The translations under genes were made by a program, and so were the position numbers. 64,000 nt of DNA from assembly GCA_951406725.2 (NCBI GenBank), contig OX597834.1:43586001-43650000 (forward strand). Reading direction: 5' to 3'. Under the pieces are notes generated by a model. The model made no database searches. It was not told the DNA's origin and saw only the letters and a list, made by a program, of their open reading frames with translations. Shown one piece after another: positions 38,921-53,022 of this stretch (position 1 is the stretch's first letter; each line of letters opens with the position of its first letter). The stretch is from Octopus vulgaris (Eukaryota).

Positions 38921-40723
38921 TCTTATTAGCAAATATAACGCTATGCATATATTTACATTGCCATATACAATTTTTTATAATTTTCCTTCCTTTTCCTTCA
39001 TATTTGGTATTTGACATTATTATAAATCCTTCCAAATTGTATCCTGTTTCCTTAGTTTGCAGTTCGTATATTTCTTTCTTTATTACACACATGGTTAGAG
39101 ATTAGAGAAGCAGAGACTACACCACGCTGACTTTTCTTTCATACATCAGAGCAATACGAAATCTCCATTTAGACTTCAATAATGCTTTTGGGCCTAACGA
39201 GCACCCCACTCACAAGCAGAGACGTAGACACACATACATGCATACATATACATATATATACAAGCTCGCAACTACAAACACACCCTTGCACCGACGTATG
39301 CGAATATCTATGCGCATATACACATAGAACCCGACGCATGAAAGGGGATTGTGTTAACATCTGTGTCAGCATGTTCTCGTTAAACATTATACAAATTTCC
39401 ACTGTTCATATATCATCATGTAATTGGCAATTAACGCACTACGCACGGCGAAAGCATTCTTTACAAACTTGAAACCTGATTAGAAAATAGGATAATTAAT
39501 GATGAATATGTTTCTAGCAGTAGAGAGGAGAAAGGAGGAAGGCAAATAGAGAGAGAGAGAGAAGGAGGGAGAGAGAGAAGGAGAAAGAGAGACAGGCAGA
39601 CAGTCAGAAAGTGGGAGAGAGCGCACGTTCGTACCCCACATCAATACACATTCATCTGCTATAGTACAAAACAGACAGTTTTTGTGCATGGAGTTAATTC
39701 TTGCTACCAAATCAGTTCAAGAACAACAGAAATGGTTGCTTGTGCAATTAAATACTGTAGCTTCAAGTATCTCAGGAAATACGATATGAATTAGAGACAT
39801 TCATGCCTTTTCCAATGGCGTTAGTCTCAATCAATGGTAGCGGAATTCACATCAATTGGCCTTTGGTCGTTCATGAAAACCTTAACGCAGAATAGTAAGC
39901 AGTGGGCTAGAAGGCATATCTATGAGGTGAAGTACACGTCTTAATCATGAAAGGGCGGTGGTTGACTGTAGTTTCCTAATACGAGACAGATGATAGGGGA
40001 CACTTCAGTTTCTTTCAGTTATTAATCCGAAACCCGATCATTCTCAAGGTCACTCCCTCTTTCATCTAGTCGAACTCAGCGGGGAAACTGGTAAATAATA
40101 TTTCCTTCAATTCCAGGAGTCATTTAGACGGCAAAGGCCAATTGGAAGGCTTTTACACTACGCTGAAACGCGTTAACACCGACCATCAAGAGAACACAAG
40201 GTGTATTTGAATATCGTACACTTTACATACTGTTCTCCCCCACAAATTGCAGTACAACCGCCTGGTACTCCTGCTATGTTGGCAATTATTCCTAGAACCA
40301 GCATAATGGAATATTCCTATATCTTATTACACACTTACCCCTGCTGAAACGTCGTTGTACGATTTTATTCGTTGACTCCACAGTAACCACATTCAGCAAA
40401 ACTCTTTCTGAACTCTTTATCGGTTGATCAAGCGATGTTACCTTACGTGGTTATTCGTTTTCCTAGAAATATCAACTAAATCTACCTGAAATCACACGTA
40501 ATGACCTTAAAAATTGGAGGACATACCAGATGATGTACGTCCAGATTGTGTCCAAGCAAAGATACGATTGTTAAATCTGTAAATCTTTCGAGTATTGCTC
40601 TACATGTTCAAGGCCGAACTAGTGCAATGCACAATGATATCACAAGCAAGCAAATGACTGTTCCAGATTGCATCGCTTCCATTGTGGTTAAGATCACTTT
40701 CTGCAGATAGATTGTACAATAAG

Positions 40724-41020
40724 TTCTGAGTTCTGAGTTCAAATTCCGCCGGGGTCGACTTTGCCTTTCATTGTTTCGGGGTCGATAAATTAAGTACCAG
40801 TTACGCACTGGAATCGATGTAATCGACTTAAACTCTTTGTCTGCCCTTGTTTGTCCCTCCATGTTTAGCCCCTTGTGGGCATTAATGAAATAAGAAACAT
40901 TAGCACGCCGGGTGAAATGCTGAGTGGTTTTTTGTCTATCTTTATTTTCTGAGTTCAAATTCCGCCGAGGTCGACTTTGCTTTTCATTGTTTCGGGGTCG
41001 ATAAATTAAGTACCAGTTGC
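40724..41020 (+). mobile_element. SINE family B, dimeric/tandem copy
   Basis: Two near-identical TTCTGAGTTCAAATTCCGCCG.GGTCGACTTTGC.TTTCATTGTTTCGGGGTCGATAAATTAAGTACCAGTT modules. Confidence 0.88.
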
Positions 41021-41210
41021 GTCAGCAGAGTCAAGTTATGAATATTGAGATACTCATTCTACCTTGGTTTTGATTTTTTCTTCCAATATAATATGTAAAT
41101 GCTAAAACAGAACCCTAACACGGATCCCTAGATCCAGCCTTAATTGTGATTTTGGAACCTAGTGGTCAACCAACTATAGCACTTACCCAGCGTACCTATT
41201 CGTTTAGAAT

Positions 41211-41256
<46 letters not shown>

Positions 41257-41289
41257 GGAGAAAGAGAGAGAGAGAGAGAGAGTTAGGTC

Positions 41290-41383
41290 TATGTGTGTGC
41301 TTGACAACCGATGTTGGTGTGTTTACGTGTCCGTAACTTATGGTTCGCTCCAAAAGATTCGTAGAATAAGTATCAGACTTTAA
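41290..41383 (+). mobile_element. SINE family A internal fragment
   Basis: GCTTGACAACCGATGTTGGTGTGTTTACGT..CGTAACTTA. Confidence 0.75.
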
Positions 41384-42319
41384 CAAAAAAAAACAAAAAA
41401 ACAAACAAACAAACAAATAAAAAAGGCAATGGCCGCTATCTAATATTTGGAACGAATGAAAGATAAAAGATGCAGAACAGAGGCAATCTCTGAAAAATTC
41501 AATGTAAAACGCTTTTGACATATAATCTTCCAAACAGCTTAATAATGACAAAATTAGATTTTTTTCTTACAAAAATCACCCCCCTCCTCCCAATATTGAT
41601 TATAATATATTTTTTTAATTAATTGCAAGTCATCGACTGCACATCTCATTAAAAATATGGTCACGAAACGGATAAACTGCAATTAAAACAATTGATGGTG
41701 CAGCTGATATTTTACTTATAACTCGGCCTTTTCGTCGCCGCTGATTTAAATGTTTGGTAATCGACGGTCTGAGACAGAAGCATTTGCAGCTGCTTACGTC
41801 GGGGTGGGACAGTTCTAATGGCTGTTTGTTGTATAATGACGCCTAAGTAAAGGGGGGGGGTGGACAGAGAAAAAAACAAAAAAACAGGAGGATGGGAGGC
41901 GGAACAGAAAGAGAGACAGACAGACAGAAGAAGAAGAAGAAAAAATGGAGAGAGGTGGGAAAGGAGAGCTTGTTTGTGATGATCAGCTGTCAACAGAACA
42001 ACTTTGAACAGCTGGGATGTGGTGCTGATAAGGGAAACAGAAGGAAGAGGAGGAGGCTGATGGGAGGAAGCTAAATGATGATAGTGGCGGTGGTGGTGGT
42101 GGTGGTCGTTGCGTTGGTGATGGTGGTGGTGGTGGTGGTGGTGCATGCAAATAGTAAATTGCGGACCAGACGGTAAACTAATTAATAGAACATCACCATG
42201 AAAAGTTATTTGTGTTTGAAATTTGATTCCAACTGAGGCTTCATAACTTTATTCCATCTGCCTGGCAACGGCATACTTTATGGTACCTAGTCGAGTGTCA
42301 CAGCAAAGAAATATGCTGC

Positions 42320-42358
<39 letters not shown>

Positions 42359-42400
42359 TATGTATGCACGTATGTATGTATGTATGTATATATATATATA

Positions 42401-42461
<61 letters not shown>

Positions 42462-42937
42462 ATAAAAAAATATATATATAAAAATGCAAAATGGGACAAG
42501 AACGCAAAACATTCAAAGAGACGACACAAAAAACGGACGGGTCATTCGAAGCGTCTAATATTCAGTCAAGAACCGGATCATCCTCGCAATTTCGGCTGAT
42601 TAATCTTGAGATCGCTCCGATCCGGCCAGCCCCAAGGAAAAACTAAGCTACGAGCATTAGATTTTTTGGGGAAAAGGATCGAATGTATACGAAACAAGGA
42701 CAGAAAAACGGACGATGCCACACGAATATAAATACAAAAAACAATAATAGTAATAACAGGACAAAAACAGCGGGTGTCTTACCGCTTTAGACAGTTCAAC
42801 TTAGCTTAACTGGCGTATTTGGAAAACAATGCCTTTGCGGCAGACGATGAAAACGTTGTTGTCGTGGCGGTAGTCAGAAGCCGAAAGGCTAGTTGAACGG
42901 CGGTCACGTGAAAGTATATATATATATATATATATAT

Positions 42938-42972
42938 GGCGTGGCTGTGTGGTATGAAGCTTGCTTTCCAAC
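42938..42972 (+). mobile_element. SINE family A head fragment abutting the mariner break
   Basis: GGCGTGGCTGTGTGGTATGAAGCTTGCTTTCCAAC. Confidence 0.75.
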
Positions 42973-43542
42973 GATCTTGTTTCACGCGCGGTTTCGTTTG
43001 TTTACCCGGGCTAAGCCATTCCTTACACTGCTTCTTATTGATATACAGGCACCATTTTTCGTCGCCAGTAACGATTCGGTAAAGAAATCGTTGCTTGTGT
43101 CCATGATTTGAGCGGTGAGGAGCAAGCAAACCAGCGGTGATTGTGGCTCGTTGATTTTTGTTGTTGTCACTTAAAGCATGCGGAACCCATGCTCCATACT
43201 TCTGAACCTTTCCCATCAAGTGAAGATGCTTCTCTATAGCAGTGTGGGAGCATTCCATTTCTCTGCCAGTTCCCTTGTCGCTTGACGAGAATTTTCGTGC
43301 AAAAGTTGGTTTAATCGCTCTTCATCTAATTCAACTGGACGGCCTGAACGAGGTGCGTCTTTGAGGTCAAAATTTCCATTTTTGAACTTGGCATACCAAT
43401 CACGGGCGGTTCTGTCAGCTATGGCATCCTCTCCATACACAGCGCAAACGTCGCTAGCAGCTTTTGCGGGCTTAGAAATTTGATTAAAAGAAAAAAGATG
43501 GAGGCGTTGAAAATGTTCGTTTTTCTTAACTTCCCATTCCAT
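42973..43542 (-). pseudogene. Mariner transposase pseudogene (HTH region, linker, first catalytic Asp)
   Basis: VYGEDAIADRTARDWYAKFKNGNFDLKDAPRSGRP, WVPHAL and RIVTGDEKW motifs. Frameshift near 43258; truncated after KPRVKQD. Confidence 0.93.
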
Positions 43543-43673
43543 TTTAATGATCTGAAAATAAACAAAAATTAACTAAATAAAAAAAGATTCCAAAATGACT
43601 CAAAAATAGAATTCTCGAAAAAAATAGATTCCCAAATTTAAAAAAAACGGCGCGAACTTAGTTACCAACCTAT
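42973..43673 (-). mobile_element. Mariner transposon, 3'-truncated, one TIR
   Basis: TA then TIR-like ATAGGTTGGTAACTAAGTTCGCGCCGTTTTT (43673 downward), followed by transposase coding sequence. Confidence 0.9.
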
Positions 43674-44810
43674 TACATGAATTAATTTTGTGAAATTAAT
43701 CAAGTTGTTGAAATCATTTCAATTTTCTTTGACACTCAATATCAACTACAGCGTTTTGTTCTCTTTATGCAACTAAAACCTACGTAAAGAAAGCTGAAAA
43801 TGCGAAAAGCGTTCGAGATCAGTTACCGACCCTAAAACAGCTGAGGTGGAAATCATTAACTGCGGAGGCCATTTCATTTTTCACCCGTGGTATCTACAAT
43901 AGCGACTACACTCTCTACTTGGCCTACCAAGTCATCGCATAAAATGTACTTATGTTATAGAAGTGTAGGACTGGAAGGTAGGCGGTGGAAGTCGGAGACA
44001 GGCATTAAATACATAAATCTTCTATATTTGTTGATAGATTTTGAAGGCAATATTTTTGTATATAAACACTTATGGAAGTGATTCCGAGTGAGTTATTGTA
44101 ATAGCGTTGATATTTCGTTGCTACCATGACAACGAACGTTATTTCTTCTTCAAGTACATGTGTGAAAGCTGTGTCAGCGGAGAGGAGGCACAACTAGACG
44201 AAATCTCCAAGCAGTTGAAATGCACAAAGCTCCGATATCAAAGAGGCTAAAAAGTTCCAGTAGAAGGACACCTAGGAGTCATGACCCAGATACGGTCCAG
44301 CCTCTTTCGAGTGAAAGATGTTAAAGACCGAAACATTTACCTGAAGAAGGAGTGTCTTCAGCGCTCTTGAGAAATTATTATCACGATCGGAAATGCTTTT
44401 AATAAATCCTTAAATGTTTTACAGTATTCTTATTTTCATATCACAAAAATGATGGTTATGAACCCAAAGACTCGATGAACGAAGTAGCGACTCCCGAGTG
44501 ATTCTAATTAATAAAAGCAAACACATCCTTTGAAATCTTTATTTGTCTATCAATTGTCTCATGTCTAATATATATGCACTTGGGTTATGTCCCTTCGCTT
44601 GTCTTCCATTGTTGCTAAGAACAGAATAGGGTTGTATGGGGGGTATGGTTAAACAAACACACACACACACACACATCCACACATCCACACATCCAAACAT
44701 ACACTCACATGCACAAACATATACAAACACAGGTATATGTATATGTGTGTATGTATGCATGTGTTTACGTGTGTGTACGTATGCGCGTGCGTGTACACAC
44801 ACACACACAA

Positions 44811-44849
<39 letters not shown>

Positions 44850-44896
44850 GTTCATATATATAAAGATAGATAAATATACATAAGTATTTTTGTGGA

Positions 44897-44944
<48 letters not shown>

Positions 44945-44987
44945 TGTATGTATATATATATATATATACATACATATATATACATAT

Positions 44988-45038
<51 letters not shown>

Positions 45039-45044
45039 TGAATG

Positions 45045-45179
<135 letters not shown>

Positions 45180-45593
45180 AGAGAGAGAGAAATGAAGAAA
45201 GAAAGAGAAGCATAGAGAGAGAGAGGGATGAACAGACAGAGAAGCAGACAGGTAGACAAGGACCGACATAGACACAAACAGGGAAACAGAGGAAGCACGA
45301 CGCAGGGCTGAACAGGAGAGTTGGTGAGGAGGAGAGCGTGACGACAAGAAGGCATTAAAACTGAATAGATTTTCTAAAAACGCAATTCATAAAATAGCCC
45401 TCGTATGAAGTTATGGAGCTGTTGCTAGCGTTAATAATTCCGGGAATTGTTCCTTGTTGCGTTTTTGTAATTGCTTTGGTTTTTGTTGTTGCTGTTGTTG
45501 TTGCTGCTACTGCTGGTGCTGGTGCTGCTGCTGTTGTTGTTGTTATTAGCATTGTTTGCTGCTGTTACTGCCTTGAAGGCAAGAATAAGATAC

Positions 45594-45634
<41 letters not shown>

Positions 45635-45680
45635 TATACATACGTGTGTTTGTATATATTACATATATACACACATATAT

Positions 45681-45720
<40 letters not shown>

Positions 45721-45771
45721 CATACATATCTGTGTGTATGTATATGTTACGTATATACACACATATATATC

Positions 45772-45802
<31 letters not shown>

Positions 45803-46159
45803 ACACACATACATATATATTTACAAATAAGTACATATATACATACATCTATATCTATGTCTATATATATATATATATATATATATGCATACATATATAT
45901 ACATACATATATACACACGCAAACACATATATATATATATATATATATTCCTATTATACAAAACACACACACAACAGATAAAGGAAATCTGTTCCAAGCG
46001 AAAGATATCGTCCAGTTTCGTTGCATTTTATCTCTTCTGGCCTTGTTGTTGTTGTTGTTGTTGTTGTTGCTGTTTTTGTTCTTATGGTTTCTGTTTTTTT
46101 GTCGCAACATTTCGGCGTTCATTCTTGTTTTTCCTCCGTCATACTTTGTTTACGATCAT

Positions 46160-46602
<443 letters not shown>

Positions 46603-47133
46603 CGTTCTTGTTGTTGTTTTTGTTTTTGATTTTTTTTTTGTTTTCAATGAAGTAAAAGTGAATTTTATCAAACCTATATTATATTTCAGATATTGAATCC
46701 TGGTATTGCTATTTACTTTGTCATCCGTGCCGCCGCCGCCGCCTCCGCAGTCGCCACCGCCGCCGCCACCTCTTCCATCGGCAACGTTAAAGAATTTCAG
46801 TTTATAGCGAAACGACAAGAGAGGAACAGCCAGAGGAGAACGAGAGTGCAAGTAAGAGGAGAACAGAAGATCGAGAAAGAGGAAGAGTAGGAGTAGGAGA
46901 AGGAGTAGGGGAGGAGGAGGAAGAGGAGGAGGAGGACAAAAGAGCCATTATCGTTTACAGGAAACTGAGAATTTCTTTCTTCTCTTTTTGTTTGTTGTAT
47001 TTTTGCTCTTATTCTAAACAGGAAAAAAAAATCAACAATGATAATAAAACTGGTTTAATAAAATATTACATTGGTGAGAAGAGAAATTAATAAACATGTT
47101 GTGATATTAACATTACTTTGAAGAGAGCCATAT

Positions 47134-47660
47134 GAGGAAGCCCGTCTCCAAGCAGAATCGAGCCAGCAACTAGAAATAGCAGCTAAATGTTCCTTATACT
47201 AGACAATGCCGCGTCAGTGGGGTTACCGTGGTTGATTTGCCTTCGATTATAGATCTGGTTAATTATGATGATTTTCGGGCGAAAAAGCTGAGACAAGACA
47301 GCAAGCACGCTTATATTCGGTCACTGCATCTTCTAGAAATAACAGCCAAATTTACCCTTAAGTCACATCCTATTGCCTTTAAATAAACATAGATACATTG
47401 GAACAATGCACACTTATAAGGAAGCCCGTCTCTGAGCAGAAACAAGCTAGCTGCTAGAAATAACAGCTCTAAGTTCTTTACAGGACAATGACGCGTCACT
47501 GGGATTATCGTGGCTAATCTGATTAACCAAGATGATCTGGGAGAAAAATCAAAGACGTGACATCGAACAAGCCTATACTCCATCGCTGTACATTCAAGAA
47601 ACAGCAGCCAAATTCCTCTCAAATCTTGCTCTAACTAAAGATCAGTCATACTGGATAATA
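47134..47660. repeat. Diverged ~285-bp tandem dimer of an unclassified repeat
   Basis: GGAAGCCCGTCTC..AGCAGAA...CTAGAAATA.CAGCT...GACAATG.CGCGTCA.TGGG at ~47136 and ~47420, and AGAAA.A.CAGCCAAATT at ~47335 and ~47597. Confidence 0.75.
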
Positions 47661-48432
47661 TGTTTGGAAGCAAAGTGAGAAACAGGATCGCTATAGACAG
47701 AACTCCTTCGATAATAGGAGATCGCGTTGCTGTGTTGATAAAAAGCATGTTTTCCTACAATATGATATACCTACAAGCATGTAGGTGTTCAAATCTGCTC
47801 AGAGATACCAAATATATACCATATGGCAACACAAGTTCACAAGACTCCCTCATGATTTGAGTAACGAAGCGAAAACAGGAGCGAGAAATACCTTACTGAT
47901 AAATGTAGCTTTAGTGGCTTAAGAAGGGAAGAAGATGAGTTAGAGCTAAAGTCATCTTTCAGAGTACCTTTGACTTGTGTAAGATAGGAAGAAGAATGAA
48001 ACTGTATTTTCGAAAGTCATTTTAAAACAGTAGGACGTAATTTCGGAGTAAATTAGCTTCCTTGTTGTTCCTGCTGCCTTAGGGTTCATAAGGTCTTCAC
48101 CATTTTATGCAAAGTTCCAATAAATACACGCGTAGATTCAAGGACATAGCATTTGTGGTTAAGAGGTTCTCTTGCACTACAACATGGGTTTGGCATCGGG
48201 CCAGTCAAAGTTTTGTTGGTGATATTCGCTTAAAAGAAACTGTGCCGAAGCCTTTTGCAGGGAATAATCCTGTTCTTGCGTAGGAGTAGATCTAATATCT
48301 GGCTCTGTCCAACACCCTCATCTGATCGGTGGGACTTTGTGTAAATCTGTTGCAACCATTCAGACCGGATCAGTGATTCTGAAGATGACTCCCTATTTTT
48401 CTTTCTCTGGTCAAAAAAACAGAAAATATTAA

Positions 48433-48953
48433 CCCATTGCCGCCATGAGCCCTATTTCGGGATCTCCTAAGCACAGCCTCACTGCCGGTTGTTTGTGTTA
48501 TATTTAATAAAGTGAATTGCTTATGTACAATGCATTTGCAGAGGTGTGTTTAACAATATGTACTAATTAAAGGTTGTCATTATTAGCTCTGGGTAATTTT
48601 AGAGGACATTTTATGTCATAAATCGCAATTTTTGATCAACAAAAATATTGACTGCTTTGAAAATGATTTTTTTTTTTGCATTTCCCATCTATATCATTCA
48701 TAGATATTTCCTACACGTTCGCATTTGATACTACAGTTTCAAAAAATCGGAAATGTTTATTATTGCAATTGAATATAAAAAGATAAGTATGCATTCTTTC
48801 AGAGATGATCCATTTGAGAATTTTGGAAAATTTTATCATAATTTTGAAAATAATTCACAGATGAAGAAACTTTAAATACTCTATATCATTTTAACTCCTT
48901 AGACAACTGCCAAAGCCAAAAATTATGAATAAAAGAATTTGGTAGTTAATGGG
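48433..48953. mobile_element. Candidate non-autonomous piggyBac-type element
   Basis: TTAA|CCCATTGCCGCCA on the left and TGGTAGTTAATGGG|TTAA on the right; AT-rich noncoding interior. Confidence 0.5.
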
Positions 48954-49014
48954 TTAAGCGTGAATTAAAACCACATTGCGTTACCTAGAGCTTGCTAAAC
49001 AAACCGAAATAGTG

Positions 49015-49110
49015 GTTTCAAATATTGGCACAAGGCCAGCATTTTTGGGGTAAGGGATAAGTTGATTTCATCGACCCCAATACACAACTATTATTTATTT
49101 TATCGATCTC
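49015..49110 (-). mobile_element. SINE family B 3' fragment (another at ~57745-57816)
   Basis: TTTCAAATATTGGCACAAGGCCAGC...CATCGACCCCAA. Confidence 0.75.
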
Positions 49111-49226
49111 GTGGACAATATAAACGTATGTTGGTTTGTCGTGGGCGATATCAAGTTATGTCGGGTTACTGTGGGTGGTATGAACATATGTGGGTGCTAC
49201 GAACGTATTTCGGGTTGCCGTGCGGC

Positions 49227-49320
49227 ATGTGAAATTATCTCCCCCTGCTAGATGTGAGATTGTCTCCCTTCGCTAGATGTGTGACTACTTTTGCCTTCAC
49301 TGCTGCGAGATTATCTCTCC
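49227..49320. repeat. ~25-bp minisatellite, 3-4 degenerate units
   Basis: ATGTGAAATTATCTCCCCCTGCTAG / ATGTGAGATTGTCTCCCTTCGCTAG / ATGTGTGACTACT... Confidence 0.7.
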
Positions 49321-50156
49321 ATGTCTTGGGCTATTTGAAAATTTCTAATTTGCTACGAGTTTGACATTACTAGCATCATTAAAACTGTTTTATTATTTTC
49401 ATTTTAACGAAACGAATATCTCCAAGAAGTCAAACAAGAATAAATTGTCTTATACAACTTCCATTAAGAAATCTGAATTTACAACGCTTCCGTAGCAATA
49501 ACGTCTGTTATTAACTGCAATTTATTTATTCGTTCTGCCGTAAAATGTTGACAGCCTTGCAAGTGAGAGGTGTCATCTGTCTCATCCAAACCTAAAGAGT
49601 GTAGAAAGTAGATTAAAGCGTTCGCTATTCAAAAACAAATCGACAAAGTAGATCCCACTTGGATTCGAACTCAAAATGCAGATAAGGAAAATTTAATAAA
49701 GGATTTCTGGACGGTTTTGTGGTAACTGAGCGGCATAGTTAGTGAGTAGTGATTGATAATATTAGTGGAGAATTGGGTTGGTGGTGGAGTGATGGCGGTG
49801 AATGTAGCAGAGGTGTTGGGATCGGAGTGGTTGTGTGAGGCTGGTGTGGTAGCAGTGATGATGAAGCGATTGTGGCAGATACGGTGGTGAAGGCAGTGAT
49901 GGTGATGGTGGTGGAGGTGGTTGTGGTGATGTTGGTGTTTGTGATGGTAGTGGTTGTACAGATGTGAAGATGGCGATGGTAGTTGTAGTAGTGGCAGTGA
50001 TGGATAGTGGTGGTGTTGGTGATTATACAGATAGTGGTGATAATGGTGGTGGTGTTGGTAGTGGTGGTGGTTGTAGTAGTGGCATTGGTAGTGGTGGTGG
50101 GGGTGGGGTGATAGGGGTGGGGGTGGGTGGCGGGTTGTACAGACAGTGCTACTGCT

Positions 50157-50187
<31 letters not shown>

Positions 50188-50422
50188 AAGAGGAGGAGAA
50201 GGAGGAGGAGGAATTAGGGGATGACTATCACACTGCTGCTTCTGAAGTCGATGATGATGATGATGATGATGATTTCGATGAAGAAGATGGTGATGATGAT
50301 GATTTCGATGAAGAAGATGGTGATGATGATGATGATGATGATACTGACGGTACCTTAGTTATGTGATGGTGGCGATGGTAGAGTAATGAAGCAGTGAATA
50401 AGATACAGCAAGAGAGAAAGAG

Positions 50423-50481
<59 letters not shown>

Positions 50482-51070
50482 GAGGAGGGAGAGAAAAGAG
50501 AGCGAACGAACGAAAGAAAGAAAAGAAAAGAGAAGAAAAGAAAGACGGTGTCAGCTTCAATAATTGTTTAGTTACAGATTACGTAATAAAATCTCTCCTC
50601 CCTGGCAACTCGAAAGTAACAAGAACAAGTCTTCTGTTCAGGCGATTAAATCCAATACATACGACTTATACATACATATATACATATTTTAATGGATGGG
50701 ATTTAATGGATGTATTTGTGCTGTTCTCGTGCGCTATACGATATCAAAGATAAAACACTTTGTATAATACACACATACACACACACACATACTCACACAC
50801 ACATATATATATATATATATTTATGTACAGATACATGCATGTATATATGCACACACGAACGCATAGACACTCAATCACTCACTCCCTCACACCAACGTAC
50901 ACACACACACGTATATATTTAGTTCCTTTTTTCTCTCTTTTCATAGCTCCTTTTCATATTAACATCAGAAATTTTAATGTGTATTGTATATATACACTCA
51001 GAAAAAGAAGGAGGGAGTTAAACACATGGATGGATGGATAGATGGATGGATGGATGGATGGAGAGAGATG

Positions 51071-51106
<36 letters not shown>

Positions 51107-51179
51107 TGGATGGATGGATGGACATATAGCTAGCTAGATACTGAGAGAGAGAGAAAGAGAGAGAGAGAGACAGACAGAC

Positions 51180-51262
<83 letters not shown>

Positions 51263-51441
51263 GAGATGATGGATAGATAGATAGACAAATAGATAGACAA
51301 ATAGATAGATAAATAGATAGATAGAGATAGATAGATAGAGAGAGATAGAGAGATAGAGAGATAGATGATGGATGGATAGATGGATGGATGGATATGTACA
51401 TGTATATGCACATATAAATATATAGTACATATATATACATA

Positions 51442-51607
51442 TAGTAGTCGCTGTGTGGTAAGTAGCTTGGTAACCAGCCACATGGTCCCGGGTTCAGTCC
51501 TACTGTGTGGCATCTTAAGCAAGTGTCTTCCACTATAGCCTCGGTCTGACCAAAGCCTTGTGCATATAAGAGTGGATTTGGTAGACGGAAACGGAAAGAA
51601 GCCCGTC

Positions 51608-51664
<57 letters not shown>

Positions 51665-51826
51665 TGTGTGTCTATGTTTCGTCCCCGTAACTTTGCAGTT
51701 TAGCAAAAGAGACCGATAGAATAACTACTAGGCTTACAACGTATAAGTCCTGGGGTCGATTTCTTCGACTAAAGGTGCCGCTCCAGCATGGCCACAGTCA
51801 GAAGACTGAAACAAATGAAAGAATAA
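51442..51826 (+). mobile_element. SINE family A with an internal deletion
   Basis: Head GCTGTGTGGTAAGTAGCTTG, internal (TA)n, tail GACTGAAACAAATGAAAGAATA. Confidence 0.9.
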
Positions 51827-51844
51827 ATAAAACAATACACAGAT

Positions 51845-51889
<45 letters not shown>

Positions 51890-52124
51890 TGTATGTATAT
51901 ATGGATGGATGGATGGATGGATGGATGGATGGATGAATAAATGTAGGAATTTAATCTCTGCCTCAACGATTTGTAAGAAAAGAAAAAATGTTTATCATTG
52001 GTTTACTTAAATATATCAGAATCTAAATCGTAATATGTGTCATGTTGTTTCTTATAATATACTACAACTTCCCGTTGTCTAACTTCATGTATATGTATCT
52101 ACATATGTTTTTGCCTCTGTGTGT

Positions 52125-52700
52125 ATGTATTCATGTATAAATCTTCCACTTAAGAGGGGAGCCGGTTTCCCACAAGGATACAAGGCTCCATTCTTTGGAT
52201 GTAGTCAACACAGGCAAATTCACATTTGGAACTTGAGAAAAGTCTGGCAAATGTTTACTGCTCCACTCACAGATTACACTTGTAATGTACGAATCAACCG
52301 GTCAGTTTCTCTTTTTGAAAATCCCAGTTCATCCAGATTCTCCTTTAAGCATTTACTAACAAAACCTTGTGCTCCAATTATTATTGGTATGAATATGAAT
52401 TCATAGTCTGGATAGAAAAGCTAGAGGTTTCGAAGCGATTGTCCATAGATATCTTTTTTTGCTTTGATTTCCAAAAGAGATAAGTATATCTGCAGGGAAG
52501 CTGACCTCTATGATGGTACATATCTTTACCCCTCTGTCCCAAACAATAATATCCACCCTGATATGTTTACATTTGACAGAAGTTTTGATGGGAATATTCC
52601 ACCAGTATTTCTTGAGTCGGTGTTTATGAATTTATTCCATAACAAAGAAATTTTCTAAGTTTATTTCAGGACAGTCATTTTTGCGGATGGCATTGTAAAT
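52125..52700 (-). mobile_element. 5'-truncated R4/Dong-type LINE: RLE domain (52700-52220) plus 3' UTR
   Basis: Minus-strand translation IYNAIRKNDCP...KYWWNIPIKTSVKCKHIRVDIIVWDRGVKICTIIEVSFPAD / KKDIYGQSLRNL*LFYPDYEFIFIPIIIGAQGFV...SGAVNICQTFLKFQM*, with three internal stops and one frameshift. Confidence 0.85.
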
Positions 52701-52988
52701 TGTATGTATATTTACATGTACGTAAGTATGTCTGTATGTATGTTTTTACGTATGTATGTATACACACATATAGAGGCCTATATAACTGGACGTAAAGTGT
52801 ACTCAGAAAATGTTATGGGTTCCAGCTAGCTGTTTTGACAATCTGTAGGGTAGAACTCCAATATTGCACGTTTCACATTCTTTAAAGTAGGTACGAGGCA
52901 CAGAGGCATCGGAACGAAGCTTTCAAGTATAAAATGCGGGTCTAAGTTACATTTGGTTAACATACGCGAGCGCACAGGGACACAGACA

Positions 52989-53022
<34 letters not shown>

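Noticed and set aside
44341-44382. CTGAAGA, a stem, then GAGAAA
   Set aside because: Extra bases precede GAAA and helices I and III are absent.
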